Origin: an uncultured bacterium
GTDB lineage: Bacteria; Patescibacteriota; Minisyncoccia; UBA6257; GWB1-50-10
Assembly (NCBI GenBank): GCA_963768835.1
Contig: CAVYJB010000001.1
Location: 24,420 to 88,419, forward strand
Length of the DNA: 64,000 nucleotides
Direction of reading: 5' to 3'
The position numbers and the translations under genes were made by a program. The notes under the pieces were generated by a model. That model worked only from the letters and a program-made list of their open reading frames with translations, did no database searches and was not told the DNA's origin. The stretch's first letter is position 1. Every line of letters begins with the position of its first letter. Shown in pieces: positions 28,017-37,072 of the stretch.

Positions 28017-29081
28017 ATGGACACCACCTTTTCTATTATCGTCATCGCAATCGTAATCGGCGGGTTCACGTTTCTGTGGTATGCGCTTCAGAAGCAACAG
28101 CGACGGGCTTCCACGACTGACCCCGCACTCCTTCTTCTCCAAAATCAGCTGAACGAGATCACCCGAACGCTCGACGCGAAGCTTGGGGAGTCCACCCGAG
28201 CCATCCAGCAACAGTTCGGCGCGAGCGCGAAGATCATTCAGAGCGTGACTGAGAAACTGACGCGGCTTGACGAGACCAATCGACAGGTGGTCGGGTTCGC
28301 CGACCAGCTCCAGAGCCTCCAGGACATTCTGAAGAACCCCAAGCAGCGCGGCATCCTCGGCGAGTACTACCTCGAAACGGTGCTCAAGAACGTCCTACCC
28401 CCCGGTTCCTACGAGATACAGTACCCGTTCAAGGATGGCACCATCGTGGATGCCGTGGTCTTCCTCAGCCAAGAGGGGAACGAGCGGCGCGTCATCCCCG
28501 TGGATTCCAAGTTCAGCTTGGAGAACTACAACCGCATGCTCGAGGCTCGCGACCCTGCGGATAAGCGACGCTACGAAACTGCGTTCGTGAATGATCTCAA
28601 GGTGCGCATCGATGAGACCTCCAAGTATGTAAAGCCGGAGTCGGGCACAACGGACTTTGCTTTTATGTTCATCCCGTCCGAAGCAGTATATTATGACCTC
28701 CTCATTAACAAGGTGGGAGCCATCGCGGACGACACCAACAACCTCATCCGCTATGCGGGATCAAAGCGCGTATACGTTGTTTCCCCCACGACATTCCTGG
28801 CCTTCCTTCAGACCGTGCTCCAAGGACTCCGGAACCAAAAGATCTCCGAACAGGCGCAAGAGATCATTAAGGAGGTGGAACGGCTCGGGAAGCACCTCCT
28901 TTCGTACAGTGAGTACATGGAGCGAGTTGGAAAGAATCTTGGCACAACGGTTTCGGCTTACAATAAGGCAAGCGGAGAGCTGCGGAAAATAGACAAGGAC
29001 GTGCTTCATATCACCGGGGAATCTGCCGGTATCGCCAGCGTGGAAGCTCTCGCAGCTCCCGCAGAACAGGATGAAGACTGA
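28017..29081 (+). CDS. rmuC: DNA recombination protein RmuC
   Basis: N-terminal TM, coiled coil, KQRGILGE, VDSKFSL, MFIPSE, VSPTT. Confidence 0.93.
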   Translation: MDTTFSIIVIAIVIGGFTFLWYALQKQQRRASTTDPALLLLQNQLNEITRTLDAKLGESTRAIQQQFGASAKIIQSVTEKLTRLDETNRQVVGFADQLQSLQDILKNPKQRGILGEYYLETVLKNVLPPGSYEIQYPFKDGTIVDAVVFLSQEGNERRVIPVDSKFSLENYNRMLEARDPADKRRYETAFVNDLKVRIDETSKYVKPESGTTDFAFMFIPSEAVYYDLLINKVGAIADDTNNLIRYAGSKRVYVVSPTTFLAFLQTVLQGLRNQKISEQAQEIIKEVERLGKHLLSYSEYMERVGKNLGTTVSAYNKASGELRKIDKDVLHITGESAGIASVEALAAPAEQDED

Positions 29082-29964
29082 CACACTAAAGAATCTCCTG
29101 GAATTCTACGGCGCCCTCGGGCGACCCCTCTCAGTTCTTGAACTCCGGCGGCTCCTGCCTGAACGGGATGCGGACATAGGAGTGCTTACAAAAGATCTCG
29201 AAGAGTTGGAGAAAGAGGGGAGCGTGGTTCGCACGGAAGGGTTTTGGAAACCGGCACGCGTTGCCACGACCGCGCTCGATCGAAAGCGACAGGACGTGCA
29301 GGCAGACGTAAAATGGCGGAAACTCTTGAAACGAGCAAGATGGCTCCGCTTCGTTCCATTCCTGGAATGCGTTTTTGCTTCAGGATCAATGGCGCTCGGG
29401 AACGCGTCATGGTCCTCCGATTTTGACCTCCTCACCGTGGTCCGCACAGGACGTCTCTTCACCGCGCGCTATTTCCTGAACGCGCTCTTCTTCCTTCTCG
29501 GAGCGCGGCGCATGGATGATCTCGAACGGAGTGGGGTGGATCGGCTCTGCTTCAACCACATCGTGACAGCGACGACACTCGGAAAACCGCCGTACAACCG
29601 GTATCGTCACGAGCTTTACCGGAATCTTGTACCTCTCTGTGGAACCACGGCCGTTCTCGAGCAATTCTGGCGCGCAAATGCATGGTGCCACCCCAACCCT
29701 CAAGCCCATCTGGACCAACGTTTCCTCGTCCATCCCGGCCCTATTGCGCGAGCCCTAGAATCCCTTCTCGGCGGCTGGTTTGGAAGCGGCGTGGAGGCAC
29801 TCGCTCGTACTGTTGCGCTTTGGCGAATTGGGCGCTACGTCGCCCGGAAAGACCGCCGCGACCGTGTAGTGGTCACGCCCGAGGAACTCGAGTTTCACTT
29901 CCGGACCGATCTCGAGCGTCGCTTCGGAGAGCTTCCTCACTCCTTGGAAACGCTCGGTGGATAA
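29071..29964 (+). CDS. Nucleotidyltransferase-fold protein with N-terminal wHTH-like region
   Basis: GSMALGN...SDFDL pol-beta motif. Confidence 0.7.
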   Translation: MKTDTLKNLLEFYGALGRPLSVLELRRLLPERDADIGVLTKDLEELEKEGSVVRTEGFWKPARVATTALDRKRQDVQADVKWRKLLKRARWLRFVPFLECVFASGSMALGNASWSSDFDLLTVVRTGRLFTARYFLNALFFLLGARRMDDLERSGVDRLCFNHIVTATTLGKPPYNRYRHELYRNLVPLCGTTAVLEQFWRANAWCHPNPQAHLDQRFLVHPGPIARALESLLGGWFGSGVEALARTVALWRIGRYVARKDRRDRVVVTPEELEFHFRTDLERRFGELPHSLETLGG

Positions 29965-30053
29965 TGCTTCGTTGCGCCGGCCTGTCCACCCGCTACAATG
30001 AAGAGGCAAGGGCACCTTCATAACCCATCTATCCATAGTTAGGGAGAAGCGGT

Positions 30054-30545
30054 ATGGTGACGAGCGCAGAGGAGCTGGTTGAGAGATGCTTCCTGGAGCA
30101 CAAGGAAGATGTAACCTTTTATCGGACCCTGCGGAACAGCCCGCTGGACCGCAAAAAGGTTGATTTCCTGGACGTGAGGCACCGCGCAACGGGCATCACG
30201 GCTTCGCTCCAAGTGAAGACCTCAACGAGTGGGAAGACCATCGGAATATCCCTCCCGTCCTCTTACCGGGAGCTTCAAGGGTTCAACGGAACTCTTACAT
30301 CCCGCATGCGGAGTCAGATTCATGTATATTCCCGTTATTCCAACGTTCTCGACGGCATTCTCTTTGTCGCACGAGTCGGCCATCGACAGAGTGAACCGGA
30401 AATTATTCAGAGAATCTGGTCCGAAATCGGGAAACTCTTTGCTGCTATCGGCCATAACCGGAGGCGAAAGGAAAGGACCGCCCGTCTCATCCCGGTACTT
30501 GCAAACCGCCGCAGACTATGCTATACTCGCGGCGTGAGTGACTAG
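30054..30545 (+). CDS. Hypothetical protein, possible PD-(D/E)XK fold
   Basis: N-terminal AEE, then VDF...LQVKTS; AGGGAG SD. Confidence 0.55.
   Translation: MVTSAEELVERCFLEHKEDVTFYRTLRNSPLDRKKVDFLDVRHRATGITASLQVKTSTSGKTIGISLPSSYRELQGFNGTLTSRMRSQIHVYSRYSNVLDGILFVARVGHRQSEPEIIQRIWSEIGKLFAAIGHNRRRKERTARLIPVLANRRRLCYTRGVSD
30499..30527 (+). promoter_or_regulatory. sigma70-type promoter for a candidate sRNA
   Basis: TTGCAA-17bp-TATACT with extended TG. Confidence 0.7.
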
Positions 30546-30636
30546 AGTTTTCGCCATCTGCAAGAGCTTCGGTTCGCGCGGAAATATGACGAAAATCCTT
30601 CCTTTCTTCCCCTGGGGCAACCCAGGGGGAGTTTTT
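30534..30636 (+). ncRNA. Candidate ~100-nt small RNA
   Basis: Promoter, hairpin 30547-30596 capped by C(UUCG)G, GCAA-loop terminator 30607-30636. Confidence 0.55.
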
Positions 30637-30684
30637 ATCTACCACTAACCAGGTTGCCACCACTAGGTGAATTCGGTATTCTAA

Positions 30685-30891
30685 GGAGGGCGGGGAAATG
30701 GGGTACTCTAGAGCTCCTTTCGCGACTATGCTCTGTTCGGGCCGCGCGGGCGGCTACGGATGAGCACTCACTCACAAAAACAAAAAAGGAGGTCACCACC
30801 GTAGCCGCTCGGACGGCCGGAGGAGTACCCCGTTCCCAGCTCCGCACGGTAACTTACCTGCGCCTGCCGGCCGTTCGGTAGGCCTATTTTT
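30685..30891 (+). promoter_or_regulatory. Structured secA leader / attenuator candidate
   Basis: Promoter TTGCCA-17-TATTCT (30654-30682); helices 30698-30709/30822-30833 and 30747-30759/30799-30811; terminator 30862-30891; alternative helix 30809-30820/30867-30878. Confidence 0.6.
30760..30804 (+). CDS. Putative 14-aa leader peptide MSTHSQKQKRRSPP
   Basis: ATG..TAG in the secA leader, ends in an RAPP-like RSPP; no SD, translation unproven. Confidence 0.4.
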   Translation: MSTHSQKQKRRSPP

Positions 30892-30895
30892 CACT

Positions 30896-33403
30896 ATGGC
30901 ATTCCTCTCTAATCTTTTCCCCGATCGACGGCTCAAGGCCGCGGAGGCCGTTGTCGGGCCTGTGAACGCGCTTGAAGCGCGTATCTCCGCGCTCTCGGAC
31001 GATGCGCTCCGAATCCGATCGCTGGAGCTTAAGACCGAGATGAGCAAGAGCGAGGATAAACCCGCAGCCCTCGAAGGCGCCCTGCCGGAGGCTTTTGCGC
31101 TTGTTCGGGAGGCCGCCCGACGTACCCTTGGACAGCGCCACTTCGACGCACAGCTCATCGGAGGTGCGGTACTCCACCGGGGGCAAATCGCAGAGATGCT
31201 CACAGGTGAAGGAAAAACGCTCGTCGCGACCCTGCCCGCATACCTGAACGCCCTCGCGGGGGAGGGGGTCCATATCGTGACTGTAAACGACTACCTCGCC
31301 CGCCGTGATGCCGTTTGGATGGGACAAATTTATCATGCGCTTGGCCTTACCGTCGCTTGCCTTGTGCACGACGCGGCTTACCAGTACGATCCCGCGTTCG
31401 AAGCGACCGAGCTCGACAAGGAGCGTGATGCGACCGGAAGCTTCCGCGTGGTGGAAAAATTCCTTCGGCCCGTCAGCCGACGGGAGGCGTATGCCGCGGA
31501 TGTTACCTACGGAACGAACCATGAATTTGGTTTTGATTATCTCCGCGATAACCTTCTCCTGCGGCTCACCGACCGCGTCCAGCGGGGCCATCCTTATGCC
31601 ATCATCGACGAGGTGGATTCCATTCTGATCGATGAAGCGCGGACGCCCCTTATCATTGCTGCGCCGGACCAGGAATCGAGCGAGCACTACAAAACCTTCG
31701 CCCGGATGGTGGCGCGGCTTGAACCCGAAACCGACTACACGGTGGATGAGAAATTGCGTACTGTGAACATCACGGATGCCGGCATCGAGAAGGTGGAGAA
31801 AACGATGGGCATCGGGAACATCTTTGCTCCGGAGAACGGCCGGCTCGTACATTTCTTGCAGGAAAGCTTGAAAGCAAAGGCGCTGTTCCATCTGGATAAG
31901 GAATACGTGGTGCGGGACGGCAATGTCTTGATTGTGGACGAGTTCACCGGGCGCATCCTCCACGGGCGCCGCTACTCGGGTGGGCTCCACCAAGCCATCG
32001 AAGCGAAGGAGGGTGTCACCGTCCAGCAAGAGAACCGTACGTTTGCGCAGGTTACGATTCAGAACTACTTCCGCCTCTACAAAAAGATTGCCGGCATGAC
32101 AGGCACGGCTCAAACCTCCGCCGAGGAGTTTCATAAGGTTTACAACCTCGACGTAATCTCTATCCCGCCGAACCGGCCCATGATCCGGGAAAATCTTTCC
32201 GATTTGATTTATAAGACGAAGGAGGCTAAATACCGGGCCGTGGTGGAAAGCGTGCGGGAACGGCACGAAAAGGGACAGCCCGTTCTTCTTGGAACGACCT
32301 CCATCGCCAACAACGAGATTTTATCGCGTTACCTCACCGAGGCGGGCGTCCCGCATGAGGTGCTCAACGCCAAGAACAACGAGCGAGAAGGGGCCATCAT
32401 CGCCCAGGCGGGCCGAAAAGGAGCCGTCACGGTCGCAACCAATATGGCCGGCCGCGGCGTAGATATTATCCTCGGAGGAAATCCGCCGGTCGCCGAAGAG
32501 GCCACGGTGGTCAAGGGATTCGGCGGACTTCATGTCATCGGAACCGAACGGCACGAGGCACGGCGCATCGACAATCAGCTCCGGGGGCGTTCGGGTCGAC
32601 AGGGAGATCCAGGCTCTGCGCAGTTTTTCCTGTCCCTGGAGGATGACCTTATGCGCATTTTTGGAGGTGACCGCATCAAGCGGCTGATGGAGACTTTGCG
32701 GGTGCCTGATGAAACGCCCATCGAATCAGGGATGGTCTCGAAATCTGTAAACCAGGCTCAGGAGAAAGTGGAGGGGGCAAACTTTGATATGCGGAAACAC
32801 CTCCTCGATTTTGACGATGTACTAAACAAACAACGAAGCGCGATTTACGCTCGTCGTCTGGAGTATCTCGATGCGGGACTTTCAAACACTATTCTGCCGA
32901 CTGTCGAGGGAATCCTCCAGCATTTTGCAGAGATGGCCACCGCGCAACTCGGGGCAGGGGAGAGCTATGCGCCTGATCCCGAGAAGGAGAAAAAGATCGA
33001 GGAACTCCAAAAGCATGTGGCGTCACTCCCTAAATCCATCGAGCCGGAACGGAGCTTGATGGTAAGCCAGCACCTGGTTCAGATCCTTGATATGCTCTGG
33101 GTGGACCATCTCGACTACCTCGAGAACCTCCGTGACACCGTAAACATCCGCGCCTACGCCCAGCACGAGCCGCTGGTCGAATACCGTCGCGAGGCGCATC
33201 AGCTCTACCAGAATCTCCTCGCGAACTTCGAATCTCTTGTTTGGAACACGATTTCCCAAGTGCTCGAGTTTGATCTATCCAAGGCGCGGGCGAATAACGC
33301 CCGAGCTGCCACGCCGCCTCCACCAGAAGCCAAGAATATAGGCCGCAATGACCCCTGCTGGTGCGGATCGGGGAAAAAGTACAAGAAGTGCCATGGAGCA
33401 TAA
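30896..33403 (+). CDS. secA: Preprotein translocase subunit SecA
   Basis: MLTGEGKT, DEVDSILIDEARTPL, QLRGRSGRQGDPG, SEC-C CWCGSGKKYKKCH. Confidence 0.99.
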   Translation: MAFLSNLFPDRRLKAAEAVVGPVNALEARISALSDDALRIRSLELKTEMSKSEDKPAALEGALPEAFALVREAARRTLGQRHFDAQLIGGAVLHRGQIAEMLTGEGKTLVATLPAYLNALAGEGVHIVTVNDYLARRDAVWMGQIYHALGLTVACLVHDAAYQYDPAFEATELDKERDATGSFRVVEKFLRPVSRREAYAADVTYGTNHEFGFDYLRDNLLLRLTDRVQRGHPYAIIDEVDSILIDEARTPLIIAAPDQESSEHYKTFARMVARLEPETDYTVDEKLRTVNITDAGIEKVEKTMGIGNIFAPENGRLVHFLQESLKAKALFHLDKEYVVRDGNVLIVDEFTGRILHGRRYSGGLHQAIEAKEGVTVQQENRTFAQVTIQNYFRLYKKIAGMTGTAQTSAEEFHKVYNLDVISIPPNRPMIRENLSDLIYKTKEAKYRAVVESVRERHEKGQPVLLGTTSIANNEILSRYLTEAGVPHEVLNAKNNEREGAIIAQAGRKGAVTVATNMAGRGVDIILGGNPPVAEEATVVKGFGGLHVIGTERHEARRIDNQLRGRSGRQGDPGSAQFFLSLEDDLMRIFGGDRIKRLMETLRVPDETPIESGMVSKSVNQAQEKVEGANFDMRKHLLDFDDVLNKQRSAIYARRLEYLDAGLSNTILPTVEGILQHFAEMATAQLGAGESYAPDPEKEKKIEELQKHVASLPKSIEPERSLMVSQHLVQILDMLWVDHLDYLENLRDTVNIRAYAQHEPLVEYRREAHQLYQNLLANFESLVWNTISQVLEFDLSKARANNARAATPPPPEAKNIGRNDPCWCGSGKKYKKCHGA

Positions 33404-34082
33404 ACCGGAGCTACCGCTGGTCGGGGCTTGGGCCCGGGATTATTTTCATGCCGCACGCGGATACGCCGCGGCTTTCTTGTCCCGCCAGCCGCCTGCCCAC
33501 TATCTCGGACATGTCGAAGAAGGAAAATCTCCCATTATCCTGATTCCGGGCGTCTATACGGAATGGCACTTTTTACAACTGATCGCCGACCCGCTCTCGC
33601 TCTCAGGACATCCGGTCTACATGGTTGAGAAGTTAGGGTATAACACAGCAGCAATCCCAGACGCGGCACGGATTGTTCGTGAACTTATCGACGAGAGGGG
33701 ACTGCGTGATGTGATCATCATCGCCCATAGCAAGGGTGGTCTTATCGCAAAGTATCTGCTCGTAAAACTAAATGGCGACGGACGTATTCGGAAAGTCATC
33801 GCAATCGCAACCCCTTTCGCAGGGAGCGAACTCGCTACCCGGGTACGCTTAAAAACAATCCAGGAGCTTGCGCCAACGAGTGACACCATCCGGATGCTCG
33901 CAGCGGAGAAACAAGCGAACCGCGCCATCGTCTCTATCTTCGGAACCTTCGATAACCACGTTTGGCCGACTGAAAGTTGTCGCCTTGAAGGCGCCAAGAA
34001 CATCCAGATAGACGTCTTTGGCCACCACGCAATTCTCGACGACCCAAGAATCCAGCCGATCATCCAGGAAGAAGTAAGGTAA
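33393..34082 (+). CDS. Alpha/beta hydrolase (lipase/esterase-like)
   Basis: LIPG, AHSKGG nucleophile elbow, D, GH; overlaps secA stop. Confidence 0.88.
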   Translation: MEHKPELPLVGAWARDYFHAARGYAAAFLSRQPPAHYLGHVEEGKSPIILIPGVYTEWHFLQLIADPLSLSGHPVYMVEKLGYNTAAIPDAARIVRELIDERGLRDVIIIAHSKGGLIAKYLLVKLNGDGRIRKVIAIATPFAGSELATRVRLKTIQELAPTSDTIRMLAAEKQANRAIVSIFGTFDNHVWPTESCRLEGAKNIQIDVFGHHAILDDPRIQPIIQEEVR

Positions 34083-34103
34083 CACCGTGCTCGAGATAGA
34101 AGG

Positions 34104-34138
34104 AAAAAGCTCCGATGTAGTAGCATCGGAGCTTCTTT
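34104..34138. terminator. Bidirectional terminator
   Basis: AAGCTCCGATG-TAGTAG-CATCGGAGCTT between convergent genes. Confidence 0.75.
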
Positions 34139-34139
34139 A

Positions 34140-34904
34140 TCAGAGGTAGCCAGCTTTTTTTAGCCAGTCCACGTTCTCCCACTCCCATAATTTCTTTGCG
34201 CCAAGAAACGCCTCGAAATCGTCTTTCCAGTATGGAAATTCCTGGAGTTCGATACGGCCTTCCAAGGGACCCCACTCGTGGGTACAGGCCTGCATAAAGG
34301 GGTTGCCCCATTGGACCTTCACTTTCGCCGTACCGCCTTTCGTCCGCAGGATTGCGCCGCAGTGAATACACCGACGATCTTGATCGATACGGAGTATCCA
34401 GCGAGTCTCCAGGCCTTTGATAGCATCTTTCATCGCTGCAAGATACGCCGAAGTCTGCAAATTATAATCGCGATAGATCTCCTGCGAAGTCTTAATATCC
34501 AAGATGCCGAGTCGGCCACCAATGAGCGCGACGGCGTCCAGAGTTCCTGCATAACGGTGCTCGTAGTTTACAAGACGGTGCTCCACATAGGTCGGGTCCA
34601 CCGTTATCTTGTTCGCGAGCATGAACTCGAGGAACGCCCGAATGGACGGCTCAATAGAAGGGTCTACCGCTGGCTTTTTGCTGAGAAGTATGCCCTCTAC
34701 CGTCTCATGGATGAGGGTCCCTTCCGTCGCGGATTGTCTTTTTACGCGTTCGCCGGCCGCAAAGCTCTCCATCCGCCCATAGAAGTGATAAAGGGCTGGT
34801 TTCGATTTGATTTCAACGATTTTTGTGACTCGCGGATACCACGTCCCGTCGATCTCATACCCCGCCCGCTCTTTAAAAGCCTCAACTGTTTTATACTCGT
34901 TCAT
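34140..34904 (-). CDS. PD-(D/E)XK exonuclease-like protein
   Basis: YPRVT, GTLIH, E, YAGTLD, LDIKTS, QTSAY; CxxC insert. Confidence 0.85.
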   Translation of the reverse strand: MNEYKTVEAFKERAGYEIDGTWYPRVTKIVEIKSKPALYHFYGRMESFAAGERVKRQSATEGTLIHETVEGILLSKKPAVDPSIEPSIRAFLEFMLANKITVDPTYVEHRLVNYEHRYAGTLDAVALIGGRLGILDIKTSQEIYRDYNLQTSAYLAAMKDAIKGLETRWILRIDQDRRCIHCGAILRTKGGTAKVKVQWGNPFMQACTHEWGPLEGRIELQEFPYWKDDFEAFLGAKKLWEWENVDWLKKAGYL

Positions 34905-35075
34905 AGAAATTCGGAACCGCTGTACACTTCATTTTACCAGAAAATTGCAAAAATGCACGTGATTCCACGAGCGGCAGGGGAATGTGCTTTCTCCAGCTAT
35001 TGACAATATAGATTAGATTATATTATTATATGTTCAGCAATCCGAGGCTCAACATTCACAACTAGAGGTGGTACC

Positions 35076-35468
35076 GTGATCATCGAGGTGCACCACGGCG
35101 AAAAAGAAGGCATGTGGTACGTCGAAGGAAGAGAACGACCGTTGTGCGCAGGCTGCGCAAGACTCGACAACAACGTCCGAGAGATGGAGAAAAGACCTCA
35201 CCGCAGGTGGTTGCTCCGCAAGGGGATAGCGTGGCTCGACAGGATACCCACCTTACGCGCACGGTGGATGGAAACGCTTAAAGACAAGGAACCATGTCCT
35301 GCAGCTCGAGCCGCGGCCGCTTTTGCCCTTTCTTTCAATCAAATCGAAAATGGAAAGATGAGTCGCATGGAAGCCATGAACGGCATCATCCGATGCGCCT
35401 ACTTCGTACCAAATGCGGATGCCACAATCTTACAGTCATCAAAGAATCAGACGCGAGACCCAAGATAA
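35076..35468 (+). CDS. Hypothetical protein
   Basis: TTGACA promoter at 35000, GAGGTG SD, GTG start, terminator 35507-35543. Confidence 0.55.
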   Translation: MIIEVHHGEKEGMWYVEGRERPLCAGCARLDNNVREMEKRPHRRWLLRKGIAWLDRIPTLRARWMETLKDKEPCPAARAAAAFALSFNQIENGKMSRMEAMNGIIRCAYFVPNADATILQSSKNQTRDPR

Positions 35469-35623
35469 GTGTTACGAGCGGGATATTTGAGACTCGGAAA
35501 CAAACAAGCCGGCAGGGGAATACTCCCTTGCCGGCTATCTTTTACCTTTAATACTGTCGCACAATATATCTTTTGCGTCATAACTATATTCGCAAAGGAC
35601 CAATCCGTCCTACCCTTCTCCCA

Positions 35624-36043
35624 TTAGTGTATGAGCGATAGAAGCCAGGTCACAATTCCCTTCACGATGTCGATAACCCACAAAACTGCATTTCCAACAG
35701 CTCGCCCGACCTCAGAAAGGCTTATCCCGAGTTTAGACACTACAAAGCTATTAATCTGGTCTAGAAGGCCCTGGGGGCTCGTAGGAAGCCCTGGGGCGTC
35801 CTGCAGTGCCCCACGGACCCCATTCCCGATGCTCTGCGCTGTCTGAGAAACGACGGGAAGGTTTTGGATGTTTGCGGTAACACGGCTAAAGAGGCTCCAA
35901 ACGTCCTGCAGTGGTTGCGGGATATTGTTTAGATTTAATACTCCTGGAGCGCTCGCCGGTAACACCAGGGCCTTGCTTGCACCGGGTGCCAATACTAACA
36001 TAAGAAAAATCCCAAGCGCCGCGATTCGCGCCTTTCGGTTCAT
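35624..36043 (-). CDS. Secreted/membrane hypothetical protein
   Basis: Signal peptide, amphipathic C-terminus. Confidence 0.7.
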   Translation of the reverse strand: MNRKARIAALGIFLMLVLAPGASKALVLPASAPGVLNLNNIPQPLQDVWSLFSRVTANIQNLPVVSQTAQSIGNGVRGALQDAPGLPTSPQGLLDQINSFVVSKLGISLSEVGRAVGNAVLWVIDIVKGIVTWLLSLIH

Positions 36044-36085
36044 ATTCAAATTATACAATATTTACAAGGCTAAGCCAAGATTAGG

Positions 36086-37066
36086 TTAGCGACGGAAGCG
36101 CTTCACGAGCCGATAAGCGGTATAAAGCGGTCTCCAGAGCGGCAAATCCCAGGTTCCGACTCTCCGAATCTCTGTGCCACCAAAACTCTTTTTGAATGCG
36201 GTGATACCCTGCCATCCCGGTTTCTCGTGGCTCACTCCCCAGAAATCGAAGGTGTGGCATTGCATCTCATGCGCTGCGCGGATTGCGTGCCAAAGTATGA
36301 GTGACGGCGCATTGTATTTTCCGTAGCCAGGCGCGGAAGCCGCATAAAGATAGGTAGCGGTGTCACCAAAAAACACAACGAGGGCGGCTGCGATGGGTTT
36401 TCGTTGAAATTCCGCAGTGAAAAGCTCGGTCCAGCACTCCCCTGCCATCCCAAGAACCGATCGGTAGTAAGCGGGCGGATAATGCGTGAGTGCGTGCCGC
36501 GCATTGGTATGCTCAAAAAGATCCCAGAAGATATTGAATCGTGCTTCTTTCTCGGCTGGTTCTGTATAGCGGTGGATCGCAACGCCTCTCCGCTCGGCCA
36601 CTCGAAGCGCGTAACGGGTATCATGTTCCATATCCGTCAATAGGTCCTCCTCGGATTTTGTGAGGTCGAGGAGGAGGGTCTCTTTAGGTTGGGCATCCCG
36701 CCATTCCTGAAACCCCTCATGCATGAGGATCCGCCGAGTTTCTTCCCCATCCTCTGTCATGAGCTCGATGCGTAGAAAAAGTGGATGCCCGGCCCCAGGA
36801 ACCTTTTTTACCGAGCGCACGAACTCCAAAAGTCCTTCCGTGGTAACGTGAGCATTTCCCAATAAAGGTCCTTGCGGAGCGTAGAGATAGTTCAATCCGA
36901 GCGGCAATGGATAACGAATGAGAAGCGCGGGCGCAGGTCCCTCGACGCGCATCGTGCGACGCCCGAGGGATTCTTGGAGACTCCCCCACTCTGAGGATTG
37001 AAGAAAAGAGCCTCCGTGCGCAAGCACTACATCATTCCAAATCGCGGGCACAGTCGTGTTCTCCAT
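36086..37066 (-). CDS. FemABX-family peptidoglycan bridge aminoacyltransferase
   Basis: SFLQS.EW, Y.PQGP, TL.LDL, YLYAAS, FDFWG, GITAFKKSFGG. Confidence 0.9.
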   Translation of the reverse strand: MENTTVPAIWNDVVLAHGGSFLQSSEWGSLQESLGRRTMRVEGPAPALLIRYPLPLGLNYLYAPQGPLLGNAHVTTEGLLEFVRSVKKVPGAGHPLFLRIELMTEDGEETRRILMHEGFQEWRDAQPKETLLLDLTKSEEDLLTDMEHDTRYALRVAERRGVAIHRYTEPAEKEARFNIFWDLFEHTNARHALTHYPPAYYRSVLGMAGECWTELFTAEFQRKPIAAALVVFFGDTATYLYAASAPGYGKYNAPSLILWHAIRAAHEMQCHTFDFWGVSHEKPGWQGITAFKKSFGGTEIRRVGTWDLPLWRPLYTAYRLVKRFRR

Positions 37067-37072
37067 GATACT

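Noticed and set aside
30586-30648. 20-aa ORF MTKILPFFPWGNPGGVFIYH
   Set aside because: Start is buried in a stem, there is no SD, and it runs through the terminator.
30685-30843. 6S RNA call for the long hairpin upstream of secA
   Set aside because: No two-sided central bubble; the 3' strand runs straight between helices. Left as an unassigned leader pending an Infernal search.
30884-32266. 460-aa minus-strand ORF and other long antisense ORFs (for example 5149-6243, 24094-25017, 53851-54828)
   Set aside because: Shadow frames of well-supported genes in GC-rich DNA, with no motifs.
34140-35468. Prophage remnant
   Set aside because: Only a nuclease and one ORFan; no structural, integrase or att features.
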